A stretch of 64,000 nucleotides of DNA from Raillietiella orientalis. Taxonomy: Eukaryota. Position 1 is the first letter of the stretch, and each line of letters begins with the position of its first letter. Shown piece by piece: positions 40,001 through 52,487 of the stretch. Position numbers and translations under genes: made by a program. The notes beneath the pieces were generated by a model. The model was not told where the DNA came from and did not search any database. It was given only the letters and a program-made list of their open reading frames with translations. Location: the NCBI GenBank assembly GCA_036172245.1, contig JAYWIR010000001.1, positions 3,162,001 to 3,226,000 on the forward strand, read 5' to 3'.

Positions 40001-42455
40001 GAGTGCAGGCACGCGTGTGCTCGTGTCGAGACCGCAAGAGACCTGACCTCTCAGAGCGTGGACTTTGTTGTTGTTTTTTGCTTTGTGTTTTCCTCTTGGG
40101 CTGCCTTTCCGAGGCTTTTCCTGCGTTCCTGCCCCTTCCAAGATCATCTTGAGCTCATCTCGGCAGCTCGCGTCCCGTGCCGAAGCGGGCGCAGCTTCGC
40201 ACGCCTTCTCCGCTGGGTTTCTGGCGATCTTCAAGTGCGTTTCTTCTTCTTTCTTGCAACCACTTCGGCATCCTGGAGTGGCGTAACACGTCAGGATGCG
40301 GCTGCGTACCGACGGGTGAAAGTCGGCGGTGCGGGTGAAAAAGCAGCGGCAAGCACGGAAATGGCAGGAGCAAGGTCAGGGTGTGCGCGCACCTCGGTCA
40401 ACACCGGACACCCAGGGAAGAAGGGGTTTCTTCCTTCCCGACGTGAAGCCGGCACCTCGCTTCGCGTGTTGCTCGCCCCCGCGTACCCTCGGGCGCCGCA
40501 GCGGCGCCGCTTCCGCACGTCGAGCATTGGTCAGCGCGAAGGCGCGGAACCGCCGCGGGTTCCCTTTTGCTGCCTTTGCGGGCGAGCGTTCTGTCACCCT
40601 CCGCGAAGGAGGAAGGGCCCAGACGAGCGTTCTTGGAAGCGCCAAACACCTTGCAGCAGGGTCCGTCGTCCCGTCCTCCTCGCGGCGGCAGCGGGCGGAC
40701 GCGCCGGACCCTCCCTTCCCCCCCCCCCGCCGAGCGCTACTCCTCCGCCAACTGCTGCTGCGGCGTCGGCGTCGAACGAAATTCAAGGTGCGGGCGCGCG
40801 AGCGACCCGAAATCGCAACCGTTGCGAAAACGGCGACGCCCTGGCTCTCCGCTGGAGCTGCGGTGCGACTCCTTGGTTCCGATGAACGTGTAATTAAAAT
40901 GGGAAAACGCTGGCGGCGCAAGAGCCGTGACCTTGTTCAGCCGTGTCTTCGCGGGAAAACAAAAATGATGATTCCGAAAGAAGGAGGGAGGGGGGAGGGA
41001 GAGGAGAAAAAAAATCACCTTGGAATGTTTCGCGTATGCCTGCGCGCCTGCGTGTGGTTGGTCTTTGCTGGAAACTAAGATCATCATCATTATCAGGAGG
41101 AGGAGGAGGGGGGGGGAAGGAGATGAAAGGAATCTCCAGGTCGGTTTCGGATGGCGGACGTGCGCGTTGGCTGTTGTCTCGCGGCGCCAGCCAGCTCTCT
41201 CTGCCGGGATCGAACGCCGGCGGAGTCCGCTTTGGGCGTGGAAGTGGTCGCCGATAGGTGCGCGCACGCTTGCGCCCTCTCCTGTTTGCTGCCCGTGCAC
41301 CTTCGAGTTTCTCTTCGGCTCGTTCCTTCCCGTGAGAACGCGGCCGTCCCACAGACGTCTCTCCCCCCCTCCCCTTCGTCATGCATCTCGCCTTCTTGAA
41401 GCCCTGGTTCGAGCGTCTCCCGGAGCTCTTCCCTTTCTCTCTTCCCCTTCAGTGGGCGATTGGCTGCTTCGCCAGCGCGGGACCAACATCGGACGCTGCC
41501 TGGGCTTTTTCGGAACTTCCCTGCTCTTGCAGGCGGAGCGGCTTCGTTTCTTCTCCCTCCTCGATCTCCGCGGTGCCAGCGCGCCCTCGCACGGTTTCTT
41601 CCCTTTTCTGGGGGGGGGGAGGGGATCGGTCTTTTTCCTTCGCGTCTTCCGGGGTCCCCAGGTCGCTCTTTGGTGCCTTCCGCCCTTGCGGAGCGCGCGC
41701 GGAACTTCCCGGCTGCGCGACTGTCGTAACTGGTTCGCCGCCGGTTGAGAGGAGGCAGAGAGCCGGCAAGGATCATTCCTCTCAACATCGTTGCCCCCAT
41801 CTACAACTGCATCGGTCGGTGGAGACACACGGGGGAGGGGAGGACGCGGCGGCACTCCTCCTCCACCCCCAAGCGCGCTCCCCTCCTCAAGAGGTCACGC
41901 ATCAACCCCGCAGCTATCTTATCTTTCAGTGCTCTCACGTTTTCCTCGCTCCCTGCGGTTATCTGCGCAGCTCGCGTCTTCTCGAGACGAGGGGTCGGAG
42001 AAGGCACGGCGCGCAGCCTCGCTCGTCATACCTTTCGCTCTCCTCCTCCTATCTGTGTTTTCTTCTGCTGCACCCCTCGCGCGCGCTGGTCCAGATTCCG
42101 GGTCTGCGGGCATCTCGCCGCCGCCGCCAGTCGGGCCGGGTCGGGTCGAGATGCCACCCGGCGGTAAAGGCTCTTCTACCTTCTGGTCGCAGCCGGTTCC
42201 GTCTCCAAGAGTCAACGGCTCTCCCTGCCTTGGCACGCGCCGCTGCCCAGCGTCTTCCTCCTCAAAGTCCCCCCTCCCTCCCCGACAGCTGCCTTTTTTT
42301 TTTTTTTGGACCGCGTCTCCCCCCGAGCTTCCCTCGGGGATCCTGGGTCGAGAGGCATGAAGGTCCTCGAGCAACCGTAATGGCCGGATTGAGATCAGAT
42401 GCCAGGGAAACGGACGAAACGTCAATTAGAAGACCATCCGAGGGTGCCTGTTGAA

Positions 42456-42494
42456 AGCAGCAGCAGCGACCTCAGAGCCGTCGCTGCTGCTGCT
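42456..42494. repeat. Perfect 15-bp inverted repeat with a 9-nt loop
   Basis: AGCAGCAGCAGCGAC (42456-42470) and GTCGCTGCTGCTGCT (42480-42494). Confidence 0.9.
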
Positions 42495-45400
42495 GATGCT
42501 TCGCAGGTGCATTGCTGATTGGCTCGGAGAGAGTCCTCGCTAACCTCCCTTGCCGGGAGCTTGCTTTCCGGAGGTTCCCGTTTTTCAAGGTTCATCCTAG
42601 GACCCCTCTTTTCCTCCCTTCCGCCTGGAGAGCAGTCACCGTCTCACTCCTGAGCGCAGTCGAACCCTTCCTGTTGTTGGCGGGTGGGATGAGGGGGAAA
42701 AGGTGACTCTGTGGGGTGTTGCTGTTCTGGGAGCATCTGGATGGGAACCACGTGCTCTTGACGCTTCTTATTCCCGCTTTCGTTGCCCCGGAAACCGTCC
42801 GGTCGGGGACGATCACGGCTCGGAGAGCAGCATCCACTAGACGTGAGTGCCTCATCCGTTGCAGCGTTTGCAACTCTCCTCCCGGAGGTCTCTCTCGCGC
42901 TTCAGGGTGGTTTCCTGGAGAATAGACCGCCCCCACATTCCGTTCGCGGTCGCCCGTGTGGCTAGCCATGGAGACAGAGGGGGAAAGTCTCCGCGACCCA
43001 GGTCACACGGGGCGAAGGACCTCTGCGCGCGACGATGACTTCCTCCTTCGTGTGGGAACCGCTTTGCCCTTCCCTCTCGCAGGGTACGCGCCCTTCGTGT
43101 CCTCTCCCTTAATCCGGGTCGTCCCATCCTTTGCCCCCTCCCTCATCTCCGGACGTGTCCGCGCGCAGCCTCCGGAAAGAGGAGGAAGAGCTCGTGTACC
43201 ACGCGTCCTCTCGTCCCGGCCGAAGCCGCCTCTCTCCCTCATCCGCGCGTCGCGACTGCCTTGTTGCCTCGCGCGCGTTGTCCGGGAAACGGGGAAGGAG
43301 AGGGGGAGGGGGAAGAGAGAGAGATCGAGAGAGCGTCCCGCTCGCGCGGGACGCTCGGAACTTGCAGGCGATCTAGGGAAGCGTTCTCCGGGACCGGTGC
43401 CTGCTCGCCCCTGACGAGCAGGCACCGGTCCTGGAGGGAGGGAGGTCTCCCGGGAAGCGTGCGCGCTCAAACGGCGTTCGCCGGGTGGGAAGGGGAAGGA
43501 GGGCGCGTCTTCCCAGGATGACGACGCGGAGCGGAGGTCCTCTCGCAGCGAATCCCTGCGGTGGCAACAGCAAAGGCGTTGGCTTGCCGCGCCCGAGGTC
43601 ACTCGCCGTCGGTGTATCCCGCCTCTCTTTTTTCGCTTTCTCTTCCCGAGGCGTCTCCTTGCGACCAGGTCTCTTTCCCGTCAGCAGCGGTAGCGAGGCG
43701 GAGGGGAGAGGGGAGGAGTGGAGGTGGAAGAGTCCCAGGATGCCGTCTCTGTTCCCCTCCACCCCCCCTACCCCCACCCCACTCTGCTCAGGAAAGCGTG
43801 CTTCCTGCTCCCCCGTTCCTCCTCCTCTTGCCTTCTTCGGATTGCTCCTCCCAACTCCTTCCACCCGTTCCTTTCCATCCCTCCGCGATCACTACTGCCG
43901 CCGCTGCCACTGCGCGCACGCTCGCGCGCGAGCCGGCAGCGAACGGACTGCGAGGAATGTGGCCGCGACGGCTCCCCCTCTCCCCGCCTCTCTCCCTCTC
44001 TCGGCCGAGGTGTTTTCCCCCCTCTCCGTACCTGCGGCTGCCGCTGCCGCCGACGCCGACGCCGCCTCCTCTCCGCCGTCCTGGCCCGCGGGCATGTGTG
44101 TTACCCACAATGCGTCACCGGTGTTATCGCGGCCGCCAGAGATAACCGTCAGTCGGATTCCGTCAGGACGGGAGGTCGACTGGCGCGTCCGTCCGTCCGT
44201 CCTTCCTCGCCGGAGAATTCACCTCCGCTTCCTCCCCCTCCTCCTTGCGTGACGGTGGTGGCGTGGTGTGGCAGTTCTGTGATCGTGGTGGCACACCCCC
44301 CTTCTTCCTCCCCTCCCCCCTTTCCGCCCCGCCCCGCTTCCACGGTGAGCTGCACCTCTCCCTCCCTCGCCCGTGTCCCATTTTTCAGGCAGCCTTCGCC
44401 GCCTCCAAGCGAGGGCGGCGGGCCGACCGGCGAGGGACGAGCGAGGACCCCCCCCTGTCCCGTGCCCCTCCGCCCTCTGCCCTTCCTCCCACGTGCCCGA
44501 CCTCTCCGCTGCCCGATTCGTGCCGTGACACGCGGAGGTCAGCGCGGCACGCGTAGAGAGGAACGAAATGGAGCTGCTCCGGGGACGCGCGCTTCGCCGG
44601 GCAGGTTTTCTTGTGCCGCCGCTGCGCGCGCCTCGCAGGGTGTTTTTTAGCGACACGCACTCGCTGGAGGATTTCTGGCGCGCACGCGCCCACCTCCCCT
44701 CTCCCCTGTGTGCATTCTCCCCTTCAACCCCCCACCCCACCCTTTGTTTTTTGTTTTTTTTTTTTTTTTTACCAATACGTGGGAAGCGGAGCCACGGCGT
44801 TGCTTCGCTTGGGGCTCCCTCCGGTTGTTGGGGCTGCTGCAGTCGCTCTGGGGAGAATGGAAAGAGGGAGAGGTCAACCAGGAGATGGAGGAGTTTATCC
44901 TCCTTCCTCGCTGGACCTTCCCTCTTGCGTCGCCGCGACTATTAGCCGTGCCCTGCCCGCGAGCACCGGCTGAGGGGTGGGGAAGAGCCTTCCGCGCCTT
45001 GTGGTTCCCCGCCCGCACGCGCGCTCCTGAGGGCAAAGAAGGAGGACGGACGGACGCACCCCGGGCGTTTCCCCTCTCCCAGCCACCCACGCTGCGCGCG
45101 CATCTCTCGCCGTTGCTCTCCTCCCACCCGTCGCCCCCTCCTCACCCTCCTTCCCGTTCTGCTCGGCCACGTGCTACCGTCCTCCTCCTCGTCCTCCTGT
45201 ACAGCCACCGCCGCCGCCTCCGGAGCCTCCGCAAGACGATAGCGCGGTCGCGCCAGCTGACTCACGCGCTGCGTGACCTCCCCTCTTTTCCCTTCTTGAG
45301 CTCCCGGGCAGATGTGCGTAGGGGTACGGACCAGAGAAAGAGGGAGGTAGAGGGGACGATGGTGGTGGGGAGGTGGAAGAGGAAAGCTCCACTGCCTCCA

Positions 45401-45774
45401 TCGAGAGAGAGGCGTAGCGTGGCGGCGGCATGTAGGGCAGGGGGCGGGGAAGTGGGGTGTGAGAGAGGATAAGGGGGTTGGCAGTAGGAAGAGGGTTGCG
45501 TTCCTCGACACGGCTCTCGGATCCCGCCCATTTCTATCGTCCGGAAGAGTATGGGGTTTGGCCATCACCCCACTTTCCTGCCACCTGCTCCTCCTCCTCT
45601 TCTCCTCTTCTGTTGCTCACGCGCCGCCGCCTGGCTTTCGGCTGCAGCCAGAACACGGGTCTGCTTCTTGCGCTCCAGTGGGGCAACCGTTGCTGTTTTC
45701 CGCCGCTGTGGCTGGCAAGCTGCTCTGCGGCGGGAGAAAGAGGAGAAGGTGAGAGAGGAGGAGACAATGGACCG

Positions 45775-45797
45775 CTCTCTCTCTCTCTCTCTCTCTC
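45775..45797. repeat. (CT)11 microsatellite, about 0.7 kb upstream of exon 1b
   Basis: Read directly from the sequence. It is a GAGA-type tract. Confidence 0.93.
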
Positions 45798-46149
45798 GCC
45801 GCCGCCGCCGTCGCTTGCCTCCTCCTCGGCGACCCTTTCCCTCCTCCTCCTCTTCATGATCATCTTTTTCTTCTCGAGGCAAACCACCGCCGCCGCTTTT
45901 GTTTTCCTCCTGACGACGACCTGAGGGGTCACCGATGGCCCTTCCAGGGAGAGGAAGGAAGGGAAGGGAAAAAGGCGCTCACACGTGGACGGGAATGCAC
46001 GTCATCCCCGTCTCTCCGCATCTCTCCTTCGGGTGAGATGGGTATGGGGAGAGGGGAGGGTCTGCCGCCTCGAGAGAAGACCGAGCGAAGGCTCTGCCTC
46101 GAACCGACCTCCCTGCTGCCGCGCGCGCCGCCACGCGTCCCTCGCCTGA

Positions 46150-46508
46150 AGCAGAGCCCGAGCATCGCCTTCTCTTCCAGAGTCACGATGGTGACGGCCT
46201 CCCCGACAGTCGGCTATCGCGGCGGTGGTCCGGTCTGCCGCGCAAGCAGTGCCGTCGGGCGCCCGCCCTGCTGCCACCACCGCCGTCAGCCGCCGCTGGC
46301 GTTACAGCCATCGCAGATTTTCCCGTCGTCGCCGCCGCTTCTGCCGCCGCAGTCGACGTCGTCGCTGCCGCGCAGCGAGGCGGACTGAGAGACTTGCCGC
46401 CGCCCATCCTTCCCCTCCTCTTCCCCGCCCCGCCCCACCCCTCACCTCGGTCCCGGCTCCTCCCCTCCCCCCGTTCCCGAAAAAAAAAAAGAGACATGAC
46501 TTGAGAGC
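46150..46508 (+). promoter_or_regulatory. Probable internal GC-rich promoter/5' UTR for proximal exon 1b
   Basis: GCC-rich, CpG-dense stretch with a CCCCGCCCCGCCCC GC box near 46422-46436, immediately upstream of exon 1b. Inferred from position. Confidence 0.35.
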
Positions 46509-46596
46509 ATGAGTTTGCCCGTTCTCGGGACGCTGCTCCTCTTGCTGCTCACACGGCGAGTCGGGTGCATGACGGCGGAAGAACCGGAGAAGAAAA
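46509..46596 (+). CDS. Egfr: Egfr alternative first coding exon 1b (proximal), signal peptide MSLPVLGTLLLLLLTRRVGCMTAEEPEKK
   Basis: ATG in agcATG context, Leu-rich hydrophobic core, and donor AAA|GTAGGT (GT at 46597). It is phase 1, so A+TC gives EKK-I-CIGT with exon 2 across a 289-bp intron. Confidence 0.8.
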
Positions 46597-46885
46597 GTAG
46601 GTCCTTGTTTTTGTCGCGGGGACGCACGCCGGGGTTGGGCAACGAAGGCATCCGTACTCCGCCGCCCAGCCCAGCCCGCCCCTCTCCTGCCCTGTCCCCC
46701 GCTGCCTTCCCGCGCGCCGGCGGCGAAAGGGGTGCTCTGAAAGAGGGAGAGCGAAAGGAGGGGCGCCGTGGCGGTTTCGGGACGCGCCGCCTTCCTTGCC
46801 CCCTTCTCTCCCCTCCCCCACTGACCGGAGGGAAAACCAGCCCCCCCATCATGACGTGACGTCTACTTCCGTCGTTCTCTTCTAG

Positions 46886-47010
46886 TCTGCATCGGGACCA
46901 GCGGGCGCATGTCCGTGCCTTCCAACCGGGAGCACCACTACAGGAATCTGAGGGATCGCTACACCAACTGCACCTACGTGGATGGGAACCTGGAGATCAC
47001 GTGGCTGGAG
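46886..47010 (+). CDS. Egfr: Egfr exon 2, start of receptor L-domain I (CIGTSGRMSVPSNREHHYRNLRDRYTNCTYVDGNLEITWLE)
   Basis: Acceptor ttctcttctag at 46885 and donor GAG|GTGAGC at 47011 (phase 0). The peptide is nearly identical to the arthropod Egfr N-terminal motif SVPSNxEHHYRNLRDRYTNCTYVDGNL. Confidence 0.97.
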
Positions 47011-50000
47011 GTGAGCGCGCGCGCGGGGGGGCGGAAAGACAGCAAGCGCAGCGGCACTTCTACGCGAAAAGGGAGGAGAGACGGGAAGAAGGACCTCCTC
47101 GCCTGGACAGGCCGGACAGAAGAGTAGCGCAGAGACTTCCCTCGGCCCTCCTCCGCACTCTCCCCCTCCGCCCTTGTTGGCACCTCCTCCTCTCTCCGAG
47201 AGAGAGGTCTCGTCTTACCGCATCGGAATGCGCGCGCGTTGTTTCGAGGGGTCAGGTGGAGCAGCGCAAGGGACGAAGGCCGCGTGCCGAAACGCGCGCT
47301 GCGTTCTCTCCTCGCCGGGCGCCACCTGTCTTTCTTGTTTTCTTCCCCCCCCCCCCCCCTCCCTCTCCCTTGCCAGCTCTCTTCCCGCTCCTGCGGGCGG
47401 CTCGCGTACGCGCCCGCCCTTCTCCGCTTGCGCGCTCTCTCGGAAAAGGCGAGGCGGGGGAGGGGAGTGCACGCGATTCGGCTCCGCACCCCCCCCCCCC
47501 CTTCCCTTCTCTCATGCGCGCGCGCGCCTCGCGGAGGCGATGCAGTGCCTTCGCCCCCTTCTTCGGCCGCGGCATCCCGGCAGAGGAGAGAGGGGGAGCC
47601 CCCGCGTTCTTTCGGGCCAGCGGCTGCTGCTGCTGCACGCAGCGGTTCGGCCTTCCCCGCAGTCGCCCGCTTTTGTTCACGGCCTTCTCGAGCGCGCGCG
47701 CACGCGTTTTATGGCGGGTCTCTCCCGGGTCGGCAGGGGCAACGGAGGCGCGCGATCCGCCTCCTCCGCGTGCACGCGCGAGCGCTGCCGTCGCCGCCTC
47801 ACGCGGGCTTCCTTGATCTTATCGTCGGGGAAGGAGGCCCCCGATCCTTCCGGGTTTATTTTTCTTCCTTTTCCCTGCTCCCCCCTTCTTACCCCGTCGC
47901 CCTGTCCCGCGTTCGCGGACCGCGCTGCATCACGCGGAGACTTCGTCCGGTGGGGAGGAGACCGCGTCACGCGGGAGGGAGGGAAGGAGGGAGGAAGGGG
48001 AACACTTTTGCTTTCCGCGGGCGAGTTTCCGACAATCAGACAGGGGCCGAAAGACACGTTCGCTCCTCTCCCCCCCCCCTCCCTCGTGGGCTGCGTTTTC
48101 ATCGGTCCCCTCTCTCCGCCTCCCTGTCTCGAAACTCCGGAGCCGTTGCCAGGGAAAGAAACTTCGGGGTTCCCGGAAGACCCCGAGCGTTTCGGAAATC
48201 TCCAGCCGATTCGCCTCCCCCCCATCTGAGCTGGGAACACTGCGGACCCGAACCGCCGCGATGGATCCGGGAAGAGACAGATGTCCCGTTACCGGAGGGA
48301 AAGGCGTGCCTGCTGTCCTCGCCGGACCCGCGCGTGCAGGTCCCCTTCTACCGTACGGCGAGTGCAAACCGCCGTAACAACCATGCTACGGAAAACGGCC
48401 GGCATCTTGAATTCTTCTCCTTGACCGGGTTTCAGGAGAAACGTGCAGTCTGATTCCTGGTGAAGACCACGAGAACCCACAGGTTAGGGGGACCAGGCAG
48501 CGGCGGGGATGGGCAGCTGCTGTTTCCATAGGTCCTCCCTGCGCAGATCGATGTCGCGATTGTTTTCTTTGTGGCAAAAAGGAAAAAAAAGAAAAAGAAA
48601 GGAAAGGAAGGGAGGGGGGGGGGAGCGGAATGCCTGCGTAGGAGAGGTGTCTCAGTTCGCGTTGCGCTGGCCTTGATGACTTCGAATTCTTGGAGCTCCA
48701 TGATCGACGTGCGAAGCCCACTTTGACGTCCGCGCATGACTCGTGGCGCCAGGCCAGTCCGTCTTCGCGCGCGAGCGAGTGTTTTCCTCTTGGACAGTCC
48801 TCTCTCTCTCTCTCTCTCTCCTCCCTCACTGGCGTGGACCGCTGGCGTTTCCCTGACGGCTCGCGCGGTTTTTTCGGCAGGCAAGCGCCGGGAGTCGCTC
48901 GCGCCTTCCCGGAAACAGGTAGGAACGGCCCGCGGCGGCTTTCGTCCATCGCGTCTTCCTCAGAGCAGCCTCTCAGAGCGCAGATTTTCCACGGCTCCGT
49001 CCTCCTCAGCTCCCCCCTCTTTTGGACGTCTCCACGGACGGGGTCGATGGGCTTCTCCGGCGCGCAACCGTCCTCAAAGGTCCCCTTCACCCCGTCATTC
49101 CTGGGGCGCAGGGTGTCGTGAGGATGCCGTGATCCCGAAACCTCCCTGCGGTTCGGGGAAGAGGAGTCGCTTCCGAGTGGACGGCAGAGACGCCGCTGCA
49201 ATCCCCGTGCAGGGAAGTCCCGAAAGCCCTCGCATTCGCACGAGAAGCGCGGCGACGGGCAATGTTCACGACAGGTCCATGGGAAACTGCAGCGGGATGA
49301 TGACTTCCTCTTTCCTCCGAGCAACTCTGGGGAAGAATTCTGCTCAAGACGCGCCGCCTTAGTTGCTCCACGCGCGCGCGTCTGTGCGTTGCGTCTTCTG
49401 ACACGCGCATCTTTCGCATCGCATCACCGGGACGCCGCTCCGGCTGCGTAGAGCGCGCGCTTATGTGGATGGAAACCCGGCAGCTACAGCTCAATAGAGT
49501 GAGCGCTGGACCATCCTTGAAATCTTCGCCTCGGCTTCTCGAAAGATCGGGGATCGAGTAAGGACTGCACGGAAAAGGTTTTTTTCCCCTCACAGCTTCC
49601 ACCCTCTCCACGGTCTGCCCAGCCTTGGTTCAGAAGTGGGGGGGGAGGGGGGAAGGCCGCATCCCTCGAAGGGATGGTAGGGGGGGACCACCGCTGCGAC
49701 TGGAACCCGCAACCTTTCTTTCGACACCTTCGGTCGCTCCCCCCCTCCCGGCTTGCTCGATTCTCGGCGTTTGCTCTCCCAAAGAGTTCGAAGGTTGGTG
49801 GTCATCTCCCAGAGGTTCCACTGCGTGGCTCCGTGCTGCCGAGTCGCTTGGAGTAAGACAGGTGGTGCATCCACCTGTCGGGTTGGACATCGGGCGACCT
49901 CATCGTCAACTTGCCGTGCGGGACGAAGGCACACCGGTTCTGGATCGTTCCCTGTTCAACGCCGCCTCCCTTTCTAGCCTGCTCTTCCAGGACGCACGTT

Positions 50001-52487
50001 TCTTTCGCACATGGGTACGCGCCTTATGCAAACGGGTGGCACACGGAGAGGATCCCAAAAGATGCGAAGTCTGGCGCAACATTGCGAATCTTCTCGTTGA
50101 CAGCAACAACGACGAAATTCGGACGTTCCGAAGAAGAGGAAGCGGTCCCCCTAGTGCTTTCTTTTCAGTTGGTCACGTCAGCAGAACAGGGATAGGCGCG
50201 GAAGAGTAGTCGCTCCCCGGAATTCGGCGGATGCTGCCGCGAAAGATCGTTGAACCCCCCCCCCCTTTTTTTTTTCCTCTCTCCTCTCTTCCGAACCCAG
50301 ATCTTGATTTGCGCCATGGGTCCGGATCGCATCCGACTGCTGGGAAGCTTCCTCAGAACGGATTGCTGCCTCCCACCCACCCACCTCCTCCGGTCAACAC
50401 GGAAAGCGGCTAAAGAAGCCTTTCGTCGTGATGCTTTGGCTCTTCCATCCTTTCCCTCGTTTGAATCCCTCTTGCTGGTGGCATCTCAAAGGAGGTGCGC
50501 CGTCCATCTTGTGGGGCAGCTCCCATGGAAGCGTGGTGCCCGGTCCCTGGGTAAGGACGCCCGCTTTCGCCCAGAGGAAAGCGTGCGCGTTCTCGGCGGA
50601 AGGGGGAAAGAGCAGGGAAACGTCCTCGGATGGCGGCGCCTGCCGTTCCTGGTGGCTCGGTCGCCTTGGCGACGGAACACGTGCGCCATCGAGGAACGTC
50701 GCTCTCGTGCCGCGTCTTTCCCTGTTTACGTCTCTGTGCCCGACCCACGTAGGTCAGCCGAAAAAATCCGCACGGCCTTCGCGGCCTGGGGCATCCTCGC
50801 GAAGCCTTGCGGCTGCTCGCCTGACCCTTGGGGCCGCGGAAGATGCTGCTCCCGGGGCCTGGCAGTGGGACGCCTTCGAAGCGTGCCTCGTCTCCACAGG
50901 CTTTTCCTTCCGGGACCCCACGGGAGCGCCTTCGTACGGCTCACGCGAGGGGACCGTGCGAGCGGAGACGGCAGTGTCGCGCCAAGGGCGACACTGCCGC
51001 CTTCCGTGCGGTCTCTTCCGCGAGGCGTTCGCTGTTCCGCCGCTGCCGGCAGACGGCCGGCACGGTGGACGCCTGTCTGCCTCTGCCTGTTACCACCTCC
51101 GGGAGTCTCGCTCGCTCGCAGCCTCGTGACCGCGAGGAGAGCTCCTCGCCCTCCTCGGAACGCAGGCACCTGTTCTCTTCCGCGCGCGCCACAGACGACC
51201 ACTTGAGCAAACAAAGGTTGGGCTGCGCAGCGGCGCGAAGAGGAGGATGGAAGGGAAGGAGCAGACGTGGAATTTCATTTGGGAGGTAGACGCCGACGGG
51301 TGTGCTCGCGCCCCGCTTGTTTCCCGGCCGTGGGAGGGGGAGAGAAAAGAAAAGAAGGGACGGCCATTAGCAGGTGACGCACGCGGTTCCCTCCATCGCA
51401 ACGGCGGCGAACGCGCCGCTGGGGCCATCCGAAGCCTCTGGAATGCCCCCGCAACGAGCGCGCGCGCGCATCAGCAAGGCGAGGCGTGCGGGCGCAGACC
51501 TTGCGACTAGGCGGGCATTCGTTCGTTCCTTCATCGACTCTCGGTGCGAGAGGAGGAGGAGGAGGTAGCCACTCGCAAGTCATGGTCCAATGGATCCCGG
51601 ACAAGAGGAATGCGAAGATCAGCAAAGCGCCCGCAGAGTCGAGCTTTGGTGGGTTCGCCGGATGAGGCGAAGATAGGGGAGGGATGGTGGTAGGATGAAT
51701 AGGGGAACTGGTGGATGGTGGAGCTGTCGAACCGGCGCTGTTCTCCGCGCCCGCGAGCGAGCGAACAAAGGGACCGTTCGTCGCGCGCACGGGTAGGGGT
51801 GGGGGCTGTGATGCTGAGGGGGAAAAAAAAGCCCCCGTCCCGGGAGATGCCTGCCCTCTGTCGGTGCAGCGGCGAAACAAAACTCGTGTGGCTGCGTGAC
51901 GGTAGGGAAGCTCCGAAAAACAACAGCCATACACCCCCCCGCCCCCTTCCCGTGGGGTCGTCGCAGAGGGTTCCTTCTCCTCCCCCAAACGCATGCAGTC
52001 ACCCTCGAAGTTGCTTTTTTTTTTTTTTTTTTTTGGTTATCCGTCAAGGAAGGAACGTGACCTGAGGTTTAGTCGTGCGGAGGGGGTGGGTGATACGTCG
52101 TGGCGATCCTCACAAACGATTCCGTGCTGATTGCAGGGGCCTCTCCCCTCATTATTATCTCCCTGAAAAGCGTGCCTTCCCCCCCCCCCCTTCCCATTCC
52201 CTTTTCTGGCGCTTTGTTTTGCTTTTTTGTTTTCATTTTGTTTCTGACGTTGCGTCGGGATAAACATCGTCGGCATTGATCCGCCCCACCTCTTCGTAGG
52301 TGCGTCTCCCCCTTCTGCTCCTCTCTGTGTACGCTCTTGTTTTCTTTTTCGCATCCTTTTTAGGATTCGGAGCGGGTTCTTTCTATCAGCCAGCACCCCT
52401 AATAGTTTCTTCTCTCGTCGGTTTCTCTCCATGGCTTCCACCATCTTCCCAGAACCGCACACGCGCTTTTTGTTTTGTTTTGTTTTA

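Noticed and set aside
44095-44350. Possible third Egfr first exon (MCVTHNAS...RRRIHLRFLPLLLA, a hydrophobic stretch in the next frame, and donor CACG|GTGAGC at 44345)
   Set aside because: The ATG frame stops at 44250-44252, and the phase-1-compatible frame has no ATG. Two frameshifts would be needed to make a signal peptide that splices correctly. It could still be a non-coding exon.
14500-52000. Many long Arg/Pro/Gly/Ser-rich ORFs (e.g. 25800-27239, 27494-28837, 33771-34982, 47239-48453)
   Set aside because: They overlap in several frames, often start at non-ATG codons, cross homopolymer runs and show no motifs. This is expected in stop-poor, GC-rich intronic DNA.
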